A stretch of 64,000 nt of DNA, from positions 56,360,001 to 56,424,000 of the forward strand of contig NC_045696.1 of assembly GCF_009834535.1 (NCBI RefSeq), given 5' to 3'. The translations under genes and the position numbers were made by a program. The DNA is from Camelus ferus (Eukaryota). Shown in pieces: positions 52,974 through 64,000 of this stretch. Below the pieces are notes generated by a model. That model had not been told where the DNA came from, did not search any database, and worked only from the letters and a program-made list of their open reading frames with translations. Every line of letters starts with the position of its first letter. The first letter of the stretch is position 1.

Positions 52974-53787
52974 ATTGACGTTTGTATATTGATATTGTAT
53001 TTTGCAACCATGTTCAGCTCATTCATTAATTCTAGTAGCTCTTTTGTAGATTCTATTTAGTGTTCTATATAGACGATCAGGTCATTTGCAAATAAAGACA
53101 GTTTTACTTCTTCCTGTCCAATCTGGATGCTTTTCATTTATTTTTCTTTAGCTTATTCCTCTGGCTAGGACCTCCAGGGCAATGTTGAATAGAATTGCTG
53201 ACAGTAGCTATCTTTGTCTCATTCTTCATCTTAGGGGAAAAGACTTCGGTCATTTACCATCAAATATGATGTTAGATGCAAATGTTCCATAGATTCCCTT
53301 TATCAGGTTAAGGAAATTCTCTTCTGGTTTGCTAAGACTTTTTCTTTAATAAACCTGGTTGTTCACATTCCATAATTATTGAATAAACTTTGATAGTTTT
53401 TGTCTTTCAAGGGATTTGTTCATTCCATCTAAATTGATGGAATTATTGGAATAAAATTGTTTATAATATCAATAGAATTTGTAGTGTTGTTACCTCTTTA
53501 ATTCATGGTATTAGTAAATTGTGTCTGCTCTCTTTTTATCCTGATCAGTCTGATGAGAAGCTCATTGATTTTATTGATATTCTCAATAAATCAGCATCCA
53601 CTTTGATCTTCTCTGCTTTTTTGTGTCACCTATTTTAAGATTTCTGCTGATTATTTCCTTTCTTCTGCTTACTTTGGGTCTCATTTTCTCTTTTTTTGGT
53701 TCTAGTTTCTTAGGATGGAAGCTGAGGACACTGATTTAAGACTTTTCTTCTTATAAGCTCTTAGCACTATAAATTTCCACCTAAGTA

Positions 53788-54271
53788 CAGGCATACCTCA
53801 GAGATACTGTGAGTTTAGTTCCAGACCACCACAATAAAGTGAATATGGCAATAAAGTGAGTCACATAAATTTTCTGGTTTCCCAGCACATATAAAAGTTA
53901 CATATTATACTACACTGTAGTCTATTAAGTGTGCAATAGCATTATGTCTAAAAAACCAATGCATGTACCTTAATTAAAAAATATTTTATTGCTAAAAAAT
54001 GCTAACCATCATCTGAAACTTTAGCAAGATGCAATCTTTCTGCAATAGTAACATCAAATACCACTGATCACAGATCACCATTACAAAAATAATAATAATG
54101 AAAAAGTTTGAAATATTACAAGAATTACCAAAATGTGACACAGAGACATAAAGTGAGCAAATGCTGTTGGAGAAACAGCACCAACAGACTTGTTCAATGC
54201 AGGGTTGTCACAAAACTTCCATTTGTAAAAAACTCAGTATTTGCAAAGTGCAAAAAAATGAGGTATGCCTA
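53788..54271. mobile_element. Non-autonomous Tigger1 deletion derivative (484 bp)
   Basis: TIRs caggcatacctc...gaggtatgcct(a), TA target duplication on both sides, and Tigger1-like subterminal sequence. Confidence 0.9.
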
Positions 54272-54626
54272 TACTCCTTTTGATATGTAACTTTTCACTT
54301 GCATTCAGTCTAAACTAATTTCTCATTTCCTTTTTGATTTCTTCTTTGCTTTATGAGCTATTTTGAAGTATATTGTTTAGTTTCCAAATGTTTGAAGATT
54401 TCTATGATTGATTTCTTACTTAGTTTTATTGTGGTCAAGAACACACTTTGTATGATTTGAATCTTTTTAACTATATTGAAACTTGTTCTGCAGCCTAGAA
54501 TATGGTCTATCTTGATAAACGTTCCATGTGCACTTTAAAGGAATGTATACTTTGCTGTCAATGGGTAAAATGCTCTATATAGATCAGTGAGGTCAAGCTG
54601 ATTATGTTGGTTCCTTCTATATCTTT

Positions 54627-54986
54627 TTTTGGGGGGATTTTTTTTTTTATTTAAGTGTAGTCAGTTTACAATGTTGTGTCAATTTCTGGTGTATAGCATA
54701 ATGCTTCAGTCATACATGAACATACATATATTCATTTTCATATTCTTTTTCACCATAAGTTACCACAGGATATTAAATATAGTTCCCTGTGCTATCCAGT
54801 ATGAACTTGTTGTTTATTGGATTTCGGGAGAAACCTCCTGTATTTTGAAACGAGAGACACTCTGCCAGAGTTCAGTAGGTGTTCTGTGTGATTCAGTGGG
54901 CTTGTAGATGTAATTCTTGATGTATTTGTGGGAGAGGGCAAGCTGTGAGTCTCTCTACTCCACCATCTTGGCACCTCCCTGACCCC
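54627..54986 (-). mobile_element. 360-bp mini-L1: L1 5' terminus fused to L1 3' terminus
   Basis: Minus strand reads ggggtcagggaggtgccaagatggtggagtag... (5' UTR start, 54986-54818), then ataaacaacaagttcatactg...aaactgactacacttaaataaaaaaa (3' UTR end). TSD 54612-54626 / 54987-55001 (13 of 15 identical). Confidence 0.85.
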
Positions 54987-55384
54987 TTCTTCTGTATCTT
55001 TAATTATTTTCTGTCTTTTTGTTACATCCACCACTGAGAGAAAGTTAATGAAATTTTGGACTACAATTATGAATTTGTCTATTTCTCCTCAAAGTCAGTA
55101 TCATTTCTATTTCCTATATTTTGAAGTTCTATTATTAGCTGCATAAATGTTTAGTATTGTTACAGCCTAATGACTTGATTACTTTATCATTAAGAAATTA
55201 TTTTCTTCATCCATGGTAATACTCTTTGCTCTGTGATCTACTTTATCTGATACTAGTATTGCTACTCAGCTATATTTTGATTATTATTAATATGCTTAAA
55301 ATTTTCCATTCTTTTCCTTTAATTTATTTGTGCCTTGATACGTAAAGTCTGTTTCTTATACATAGTATATAATTGACTTTCCTT

Positions 55385-55528
55385 AGAGGGGAGGGTATAG
55401 CTCACTAGTAGAGCGCATATGTAACATGAACTAGGTTCTGGGTTCAATCCCCAGTACCAACAGTTAAAATAAACAGATGTATAAATAAACCTATCTACCT
55501 CCTCCCCCTCCAAAAACAAAGTTTAAAA
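55385..55528 (+). mobile_element. Vic-1-type SINE
   Basis: Perfect 14-bp TSD aattgactttcctt (55371-55384 / 55529-55542). Confidence 0.92.
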
Positions 55529-58500
55529 AATTGACTTTCCTTTTTAATCCTATCTGGCAATTTCTGTCTTTTACCTGAGGTATTGAGATCCTTTATATCT
55601 AAAGTAGTTTTTGGTATATTATCTATATTTTTAGGTTTAAACATATAATATTGCTATTGTTTTTAAATTTATCTCCTCCCTTGTTTCCCCTTCTCTCCTT
55701 TTCTGTCTTCTTTTAGGTAAATTGAGTATTTTTATGATTCCACTTCATCTCTCTTTTGGCTTATTAGCTATACTTCTTTTCTGTGACTGTTTTTGTTTAT
55801 AGATATATCCTTAACCTATCACAGTCTCCCCTCAAGTGGTATCATATCACTTCACATGTAGTATAAGAACCTGACCAAAATATACTTCTATGCCTCCACT
55901 ACCAGCCTCTGTACTGTCATTGGCATATATTTTCTCTTACATATGTTATAAACCTCAAAATACCTTGTTTTTATTTTTCTTTAAACTGTCAATTATACTT
56001 ACAAGAGGTTTAAATAATAACAAAAATCTTGTATGCTTCCCCATCTAGTTACCCTATCTGGTGCTCTTCCTTTTTTTGTATATATCCATATTTCCTACTG
56101 GTATCCTTTTTCTCCTGCTGGAAGCACTTCCTTTGACATTTCTTGCAGTCCACATCTGCCAGTAATGAATTCTTTCAGCTTTTATATATCTGAGAAAGTC
56201 TTTTGCCTTTGTTTTGAAAGATATTTTCACTGGGCATAGAATTCTAGGTTGAAGGGTTTTGTTTTATTTTTCTAGTACTTAAAAAATGCTGCTCCATTGC
56301 CTTTTTGCTTGCATTTTTTTTCCTGATGAAGTCTGTGAAAACTCTGCCATTCTTATCTTTGTTCCTCTTATGTAATGTGTTTTTCCCTCTGGCCGCTTGA
56401 AGATTTTCAGTTTATCACTGACTTTGAGCAATCAGATTATGATGACACATCTGGTGGATTTTTTTTTAAGAGCTTGTTGAACTTCTTGGATCTGTGAGTC
56501 TACAGTTTTCATCGAAGTCAAAAATGTTTCACCCATTATCTCTTCAAATATTTTTCTGTGCCATCCCTTGGGGCATTCCAATTACATATATATTAGTTTC
56601 TTATTACTCTAAACATTCTTGAACACTTTTCTGGGATGCAGTTAAATTAGTTGGGAATACTTTGGTACATTTGGGTTTTATTTTAAGATATCAGTCAGGA
56701 TCAGAGCAGTGTTCAATCCAGGACTAATTTTTCCCCACTACTAAGTCATGATGACGTTTCAGAGCACACTACCCAATATTCCATGAATTATGTGCTTTTC
56801 CAGTCTGACCAGTGGGAACAGGCACTATTCCCCACCCTATGTGATTAGCAAGTATTGATCCCTCTAATCCTTTTGAATGGTTCTTTTTCCTTCCCTAGGT
56901 AGCTTCCTCACAACCATGTGCTGATAAGTACTCAGCTTAAAATTTGAGATGTACTCTGTGAGAATCTCTGAAGTTCTCTCTGTGCAGTTCTGTCCTCTCC
57001 AACAGTCTGTCCTGGAAAATTCCAGCTGCCTCAGTCTCCCTATACTTGACACTGTCTTCTCATCTCAGGGAGTCTACATTCTCCCTTTTTTGCACCATAT
57101 TCTAGAGTGTATCGTGGTATGCCTCCTTTTTTTGTTTTATTTCACTGAATATCAGAAACCACACATTAAAAATATAGAAGCTCTAGATCATTTTCTCTTT
57201 TCCAAAGTACATGTTTTTGGATCTTGTCAAGATGGCAGAGTAGAAGGAACTTGAGCTCACCTCGTCTCATGAACACAACAAAACCACAACTGACAGCTAA
57301 ACAACCATCGATAAAAAAAGACTAGAACCTACCAGAAAAGATCTTCTACAACTGGAGACATAAAGAGGGAACCAAAGTGGGAGGGTTGTAGGGGTGCACT
57401 TGCCATTATAAACGGGTCCTGTACCCAGCTGGTGAACAATTATATTGTGGAGGTTCTCCCATGGGAGTGAGAGTTCTAAGCCCCACATCAGGCTTTGAAG
57501 GCCAGTGGGGCTTAATTGCAGGAGCATCAAAGGACTGGGGAAACAGATTTCACTCTTAAGGAGCACACACAAAATCTTATGTGTACCGAGACCAAAAGCC
57601 AAAGCAGTGATTTCACAGGCGCCTGGGCCAGACCTGCCTGCTGGTCTTGGAAGGTCTCCTGAGGAGGTGGGTGGAGGGGGGCGGCTGTAGCTCACCCTGG
57701 GGACATAAAAGCTGGTGGCGGGAGTATTCATCTGCATAAGCTCTCCTGGAGGCTGACATCTTGTTTGGGTCATTAGCACCAACACCTGGCCCCACCCAAC
57801 AGCCTATAGGCTTAAAAGCTGGGACATGTCAGGGCAAACAACTAACTGGGTGGGAATACATCCCCACCCATCAGCAGAAAGGCCACCTAAAAACTGAGCT
57901 CACAGCCACCTCTAGGCATGCCCCTAGGGGTGCCTACCAAAGGGCCAGGACCCAGCTCCACCCACCAGTGGACAGGCACTGGCTCCTCCCACCAGAGAGC
58001 CTGCACAATCCTCTAGACTAGCATCACCCATGGTGGGGGGGAGGGGGGGAGATACCAGAAGCAAGAAAACTATCACCCCACAGCTTGCGGAGCCAAATCT
58101 GTAAACTCAGGCCAGACCTCTACCCTGCAACCAGCGAGCTCCTGGCCCTTGGGTGAGTACACTGCTGGGAGTGCACTGCTGGGACACATAGGACATCCCC
58201 TACAGAAGGACACTTCTCCAAGGTCAAGAAACATAACTAACCCACCACATAATAAAAATACAAACAGAAATTTAGACAAAATGAGGTGGCAGAGAAATAT
58301 GTTCCAGACAGAAAACAAGATACAACCTCAGAAGAACTAAGTGAAGTGGAGATAGGCAATCTACCCGAGAAAGAGTTCAGAGTAGTGATAGTAAAGATGA
58401 TCCAAGAACTCTGGAGAAGAATGAATACACAGAGCAAGAAGTTAGAAGTTTTTAACAAAGAGCTAAAAAGTATAAAGAACAACCAAACACAGTTGAAGAC

Positions 58501-60007
58501 TACAATAAGTTAAATGAAAAATAACTAGAAGGAATCAATACTAGAATAAATGGATCAGTGGGCTTGAAGATAGAGTAGTGGAAATCACTGCCACATAACA
58601 GAAAAAAGAAGAAAGAATGAAAAGAAATGAGAACAACTCAAGAGACCTCTAGGACATTATTAAGTGCACTAACATTTATAGGAGTCCCAGAGGGAGAAGA
58701 CAGAAAGGATCTGAGAAAATATTTGAAGAGATATTAATTGAGAACTTCCCTAACATGGGAAAGGAAATAGTCAGCCAAGTTCAGGAAGTGCAGAGAGTCC
58801 CACATAAAATTAACCCAAAGAGGAGCACACCAAGGTACACAGTAATCAAATTGACAAAAATTAAAGATAAGGAGAAAGTATTAAAAGCAACAAGAGAAAA
58901 TCAACAAGTAACATACAAGGGAACTTCCATAAGATTATTAGCTGATTTTTTCCCCAGAAACTCTGCAAACCAGAAAGGAGTGGCATGATATATTAAAAGT
59001 GATGAAAGGGAAAAACCTACAACCAAGAATACTCTACCCAGCAAGGCTCTCATTCAGATTTGATGGAGAAATCAAAAACTTTACAGATAAGCAAAAGCTA
59101 AAAGAATTCAGCACCACCAAACCAGCTTTACAACAAATGCTAAAGGAACTTCTCTAGGTGGAAAAAAGGCCACAACTAGAAACAAGAAAATTATGAAATG
59201 GAAAAGCTCACTGGTAAAGGCAAACATACAGTAAAGGTAGGAAATCATCCACACACAAACTAATACCGAAGTTAAAAGACAAAAGTAGTAAAATCATCTG
59301 TATCCACAATAAGCAGTTAAAGGATACACAAAACAATTAGAATAAAATATATCAAAACCAGTAATCATGAGGAGAAAAAAGTACGAATGCAGGGTATTTA
59401 AAAATGCATTTGAAATTAAGAGATCAGCAACTTAAAACAATCATGTATATATACAGACTTCTATACTAAAACCTCACAAACTGCAAGCCAAAAATCTATA
59501 ATAAACACACACACACAAAAGAAAGAGGAATCCAAACATAATGCTAAAGATAGCCATCAAATCACAAGAGAAAAGAACACAAGGGGGGAAAAAGACCTAC
59601 AAAAACAAACTCAAAACAATTAACAAAATGGCAATAAAGATATACATATCAATAATTACATTAAATGTAAACAGATTAAATACTCCAACCAAAAGACATA
59701 GCCCGGCTGAATGGATACAAAAATTAGACCTGTATATATGCTCTCTATAGCCCTCTATATATATATACATACAGACTGACAGTGAGGGGATGGAAAAAGG
59801 TATTCCATGCAAATGGATACCAAAAGAAAGCTGGAGTAGCAATAGTTATATCAGACAAAATAGACTTTAAAATAAAAACTGTTATAAAAGACAAAGAAGG
59901 ATACTACATAATGATCAAGGATGATCAAGGAATCAATCCAAGAAGAGTAACAACTGTAAATATATATGCACCCAACATAGGAGCACCAAAATAAAGCAAA
60001 CATATTC

Positions 60008-60573
60008 TTTTTTAGGGGGGGAGATAATTAGGTTTACTTGTTTTTTTTTTTTAATTTATATATATTTTTATTGAAGTACAATCAGTTTACAATGTTGTGT
60101 CAATTTATGGTGTACAGCACAATATTTCAGCCATATAGGAACATACATATATTCATTTTCATATTCTTTTTCACCATAACTTACTACAAGATATTGAATG
60201 TAGTTCTCTGTGGTATACAGTATAAACTTATTTATCAATTTATATATAGTAGTTAGTATCTGCAAATCTCAAACTCTTAATTTATCCCTTCCCATCCCCT
60301 TCTCCCCCTGGTAATGATAAGTTTGTTTTCTATGTCTGTGAGTCTGTTTCTGTTTTGTTAATAAGTTTGTTTGTCTTTTTTTTTAGATTTCACATATAAG
60401 TTATCTCATATGGTATTTTTATTTCCCTTTCTGGATTACCTCACTTAGAATGACATTCTCCAGGTCTATCCATGCTGCTGCAAATTGCATTATTTTATTA
60501 TTTTTTATGGCTGAGTAGAATTTATTTTTAGAAGAGGTACTGGGGATTGAACCACTTGAGCTATACCCTACCC
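60008..60573 (-). mobile_element. Vic-1-type SINE split by a young L1 3' end (about 60041-60520), nested in L1 ORF2
   Basis: SINE tail ggggagataattaggtttac at 60008-60040, then L1 poly-T and 3' UTR, then the SINE head gaggtactggggattgaacc...gagctataccctaccc at 60521-60573. Confidence 0.85.
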
Positions 60574-63355
60574 TTAATCAAACAAACATTAACAGAAATA
60601 AAAGGGAGAACTTGACAGTAACACAGTAATAGTGGGGGACCTTAACACCTCCCTTACATCAATGGACAGATCATCCAGACAGAAAATCAATAAGGAAACA
60701 CAGGCTTTAAATAACAAATTAGACCAGATGGACTAAACTGATACTTACAGAGCATTCCATCTTGAAGCAGAATATATATATCCTTATATATTCTTCTCAA
60801 GTGTACCTAAAACATTCTCCAGGATATATCATGTGCTGGGCCGCAAAGCAAGCCTCAGTAAACTTAAGAAAATTGAAATCATGTCAAGTATCTTTTCCAA
60901 CCACAACACTATGAGATTAGAAATCAATTACAAGAAAAAACTGCAAAAAAACCCCACAATCACTAAAGAAATCAAAAAGGAAATTCAAAAAATACATAGA
61001 GACAAATGAAAATGAAAACACAATGATCCAAAACCTATGGGACACAGCAAAACCAGTTCTAAGGGAGAAGTTTAGAGTAATACAAGCTTACTACAGGAAA
61101 CAAGAAAAATCTGAAATAAAGAACCTAACCTTACACCTAAAGCAACTACAGAAAGAAGAACAAACAAACCCCAAAGTTAACATAAGGAAAAAACCATAAA
61201 GATCAGAGCAGAAATAAATGACACTAAAAAAAAAAAAAAAAATTGAAAAGATCAATATAAAACTAAAAGCTGGTTCATTGAAAAGATAAACAAAATTGAT
61301 AATCTTAAGCCAGACTCATCAAGAAAAAAAGGGAGAGGGCCTAAATCAATAAAAACAAAAACAAAAAAAGGAGAAGTTACAACTGACACTACAGAAATAC
61401 AAAGGACCATAAGAGGCTATTATGAGCAACTACAGGCCAATAAAATGGACAACCTAGAAAAAAATGGATAAATTCTTAGAAAGGTACAATCTCCCAAGAC
61501 TGAACCAGGAAGAGAGAGAAAATACAAACAGACCAATTACCAGTACTGAAATCAAATCAGTAATTAAAAACCTCCCAACAAACAAAAGTCCAGGACCAGA
61601 TGGCTTCAATGGTGAATTCTACCAAACATTTAGAGAAGAGTTAACACCTATCCTTCTGAAACCATTCCAAATAATTGCAGAGGAAGGAACACTCATTCTA
61701 TGAGACCACAATCACCGTGATATCAAAACCAGACAAAGATATCATAAAAGGAGAACATTAGAGGCCAATATCACTGATGAATATAGATGTAAAATCTCAA
61801 CAAAATATTAGCAAACTGAATCCAACAATATAGTAAAAGGATAACATACTATGGTCAAGTGGGATTTATCCCAGGGATGCAAGGACCTTTCAATATCCAC
61901 AAATCAATCAATGTGATATACCACATTAACCAACTGAAGAAAAACCATATGATCAACTCAATAGACAGAGAAAAAGCTTTGGATAAAATTCAACATCCAT
62001 TTATGATATAAACTCTTCAGAAAGTGGGCTTAGAAGGAACATATCTCAACATAATAAAAACATTATATGACAAACCCATATGTAACATCATACTCAATGG
62101 TGAAAAACTGAATTTCTCCTAAGATCAGGAACAAGACAAGGATGCTCACTTCCTCCACTTCTGTTCAACTTAGTTTTGGCAGTGCTAGCTACAGCAATCA
62201 GAGAAGAAAATGAAGTTTAAAAAATTTAAATAGGAAAAGGAGTAAAACTGTCACTGTGTCAAGATGACATGATACTATACACAGAAAATCCTAAAGAGAC
62301 TAACAGAAAACTATGAGAGCTCATCAATGAATTTGATAAAGTTGCTGGATACAAAATTAATACACAAAAAAACTGTTGCATTTCTATACACTAACAACAA
62401 AATATCAGAAAGAGAAATTAAGGAAACAATCCCATTTACCATTGCTTCAAAAAGAATAAAATATCTAGCAATAAACCTACCAAAAGAGGCAAAAGACCTG
62501 TGCTCTGAAAATTATAAGATGCTGATAAAAAAAAATGAAGGTGACAGAAACAGATAGAAAGATATACCATGTTCTTGGATCGGAAGAATAAATATTAAAA
62601 TAAATACCAATGCAATCTACAGATTCAATGCAATTCCTATCAAAAATGGCCTTTTTCACAGAACTAGAACAAGTAATTTTAAAATTTGTATGGGAACACG
62701 AAAGACCTCAAATAGCCAAAACAATCTTGAGAAAAAAGAACAGAGCTGGAGGAATCATCCACCCCGACTTCAGACCATACTACAGAGCTACAGTGATCAA
62801 AACAGCATGGTAGTGGCACAAAAAAACAGATCAACGGAACAGGATAGAAAATCCAGAAATAAATCCATGCACGTATGGTCAATTAATCTAAGACAAAGGA
62901 GACAAGAATATATGATGGAGAAAAGACAATCTCTTCAATAAGTGGTGCTGGGAATACTGGACAGCTACAAGTAAAAGAATGAAATTAGAACATTCTCTAA
63001 CACTGTATACAAAAATAAACTCAAAGTGGATTAAAGACCTAAATGTGTGACTGGATACTATAAAACTCCTAGAGGAAAACATAGGCAGAACACTTTTTAA
63101 CATAACATTTTTTTGGGATCTATCTCCTAGAGTACAGGAAATAAAAGCAAAAATAAACAAATGGGACCTAATTAAACTTAAAAGCTTTCACACAGCAAAC
63201 GATACCATCAACATACTGAAAAGTCAATCTACTAAATGAGAGGAAATATTTTCAAATAATATGACTGATAAGGGATTAATATCCAACATATATAAATAGC
63301 TCATACAACTCAACATCAAAAAAGACAAACAGCTCGATTTAAAAATGGGCAGATA

Positions 63356-63530
63356 CACAGGGAACTATATTCAATATCTTGTAGTAACTTATGGTGAAAA
63401 AGAATATGAAAATGAATATATGTATGTTCCTATATGACTGAGCATTGTGCTATAAACCAGAAATTGACACAACATTGTAAACGGACTATACTTTGTTAAA
63501 AAATATATTATAAATAGATAAATAAATATT
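63356..63530 (+). mobile_element. Short young L1 3'-end insertion nested in the older L1
   Basis: cacagggaactatattcaatatcttgtag...gaaattgacacaacattgtaaac, flanked by duplicated aaatgggcaga. Confidence 0.85.
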
Positions 63531-64000
63531 TTTTAAATGGGCAGAAAGACTCTTTGGCTTTTTTACCTCTTGGTCTGTGCTACTTATAAATTGGTGAATG
63601 ACTTGTAAGGAAAATATCTCAAATTTATTGGGCTGATTCCTCTGTGCCTCTTTCCTTTCCATGATCATGGTCGCTCATGTTCCGACTCATTTAGTATCCT
63701 TGAATTCCCTTTTTCCCCTTCTCAGTCCTATCAGGCTACAGAATGTTCTGCTCAGCTTCTCTGACTCTAAGCAGCTGGTTTTTGCCTGGCTTCTTAGCTT
63801 CTCCTCACATGCTACTTAATAAATGGTAAATGTCTCAAGGAAAAATACAACCTAGAATGTGGGGCACTCAATAAATTTCTCTTCTTTCTGAGGTCTTAGC
63901 TCTCAAGCCCTGGCTATCTTTTATGCCTTCAAATAGATTTCTGAAATCCAGCTTTTCTAGATGTCTCCTCTGGGAGCAATGGTCTACTACCAGGTAATCC

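Larger units (their letters stand above)
51880..57220 (-). mobile_element. Mosaic of old L1M fragments (ORF2, ORF1, 5' region) hosting several nested elements
   Basis: Antisense L1 motifs throughout, for example caatgttgaatagaa and ttgttgaacttcttggatctgtg. Confidence 0.7.
57222..63550 (+). mobile_element. Degenerate L1 with 5' UTR, ORF1 (about 58281-59157) and ORF2 (from about 59628); 3' end missing
   Basis: 5' end caagatggcagagtag. ORF1 fragments include EIGNLPEKEFRVVIVKMIQEL and INPKRSTPRYTVIKL. ORF2 EN/RT fragments carry stops. L1 homology ends at ...aaatgggcagaaagac with no 3' UTR. Confidence 0.92.

Overview
This is mammalian genomic DNA, almost certainly from a camelid (alpaca/llama/camel lineage), judged by five tRNA-Ala-derived Vic-1-type SINEs. 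It is not prokaryotic, and I found no CRISPR array, rRNA or operons. The only protein-coding gene I can support is GPR156 (orphan class C GPCR) on the minus strand. Its first two coding exons are 35447-35352 (MEPEINCSELCDGFPGQELDRRPLHDLCRTTI) and 35152-35016 (TSSHHSSK...TM1...RCRKN). I did not find the next coding exon or a CpG-island promoter, so the rest of the window is probably GPR156 intron. Well over half of the window is transposon-derived: three large + strand L1s (about 16962-23516, 39561-43484 and 57222-63550), many older L1M/L2/MIR/CR1 fragments, MaLR/ERVL LTRs, and MER5, MER20 and Tigger DNA transposons. Nearly all ORFs in the supplied track are L1 debris or chance ORFs. The most unusual object is a 360-bp TSD-flanked mini-L1 at 54627-54986. 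It joins the first ~170 nt of an L1 5' UTR to the last ~190 nt of the 3' UTR at an AG that has a TACTAAC branch-point-like motif upstream, so it looks like a retrotransposed spliced L1 RNA or a SINE-like L1 derivative. Other notable items are a uATG-rich GPR156 leader with a CTCF motif, a twin-priming L1 inversion, a three-layer nested insertion and an 18-bp quasi-palindrome. Repeat subfamily names and boundaries were called by eye and are approximate.
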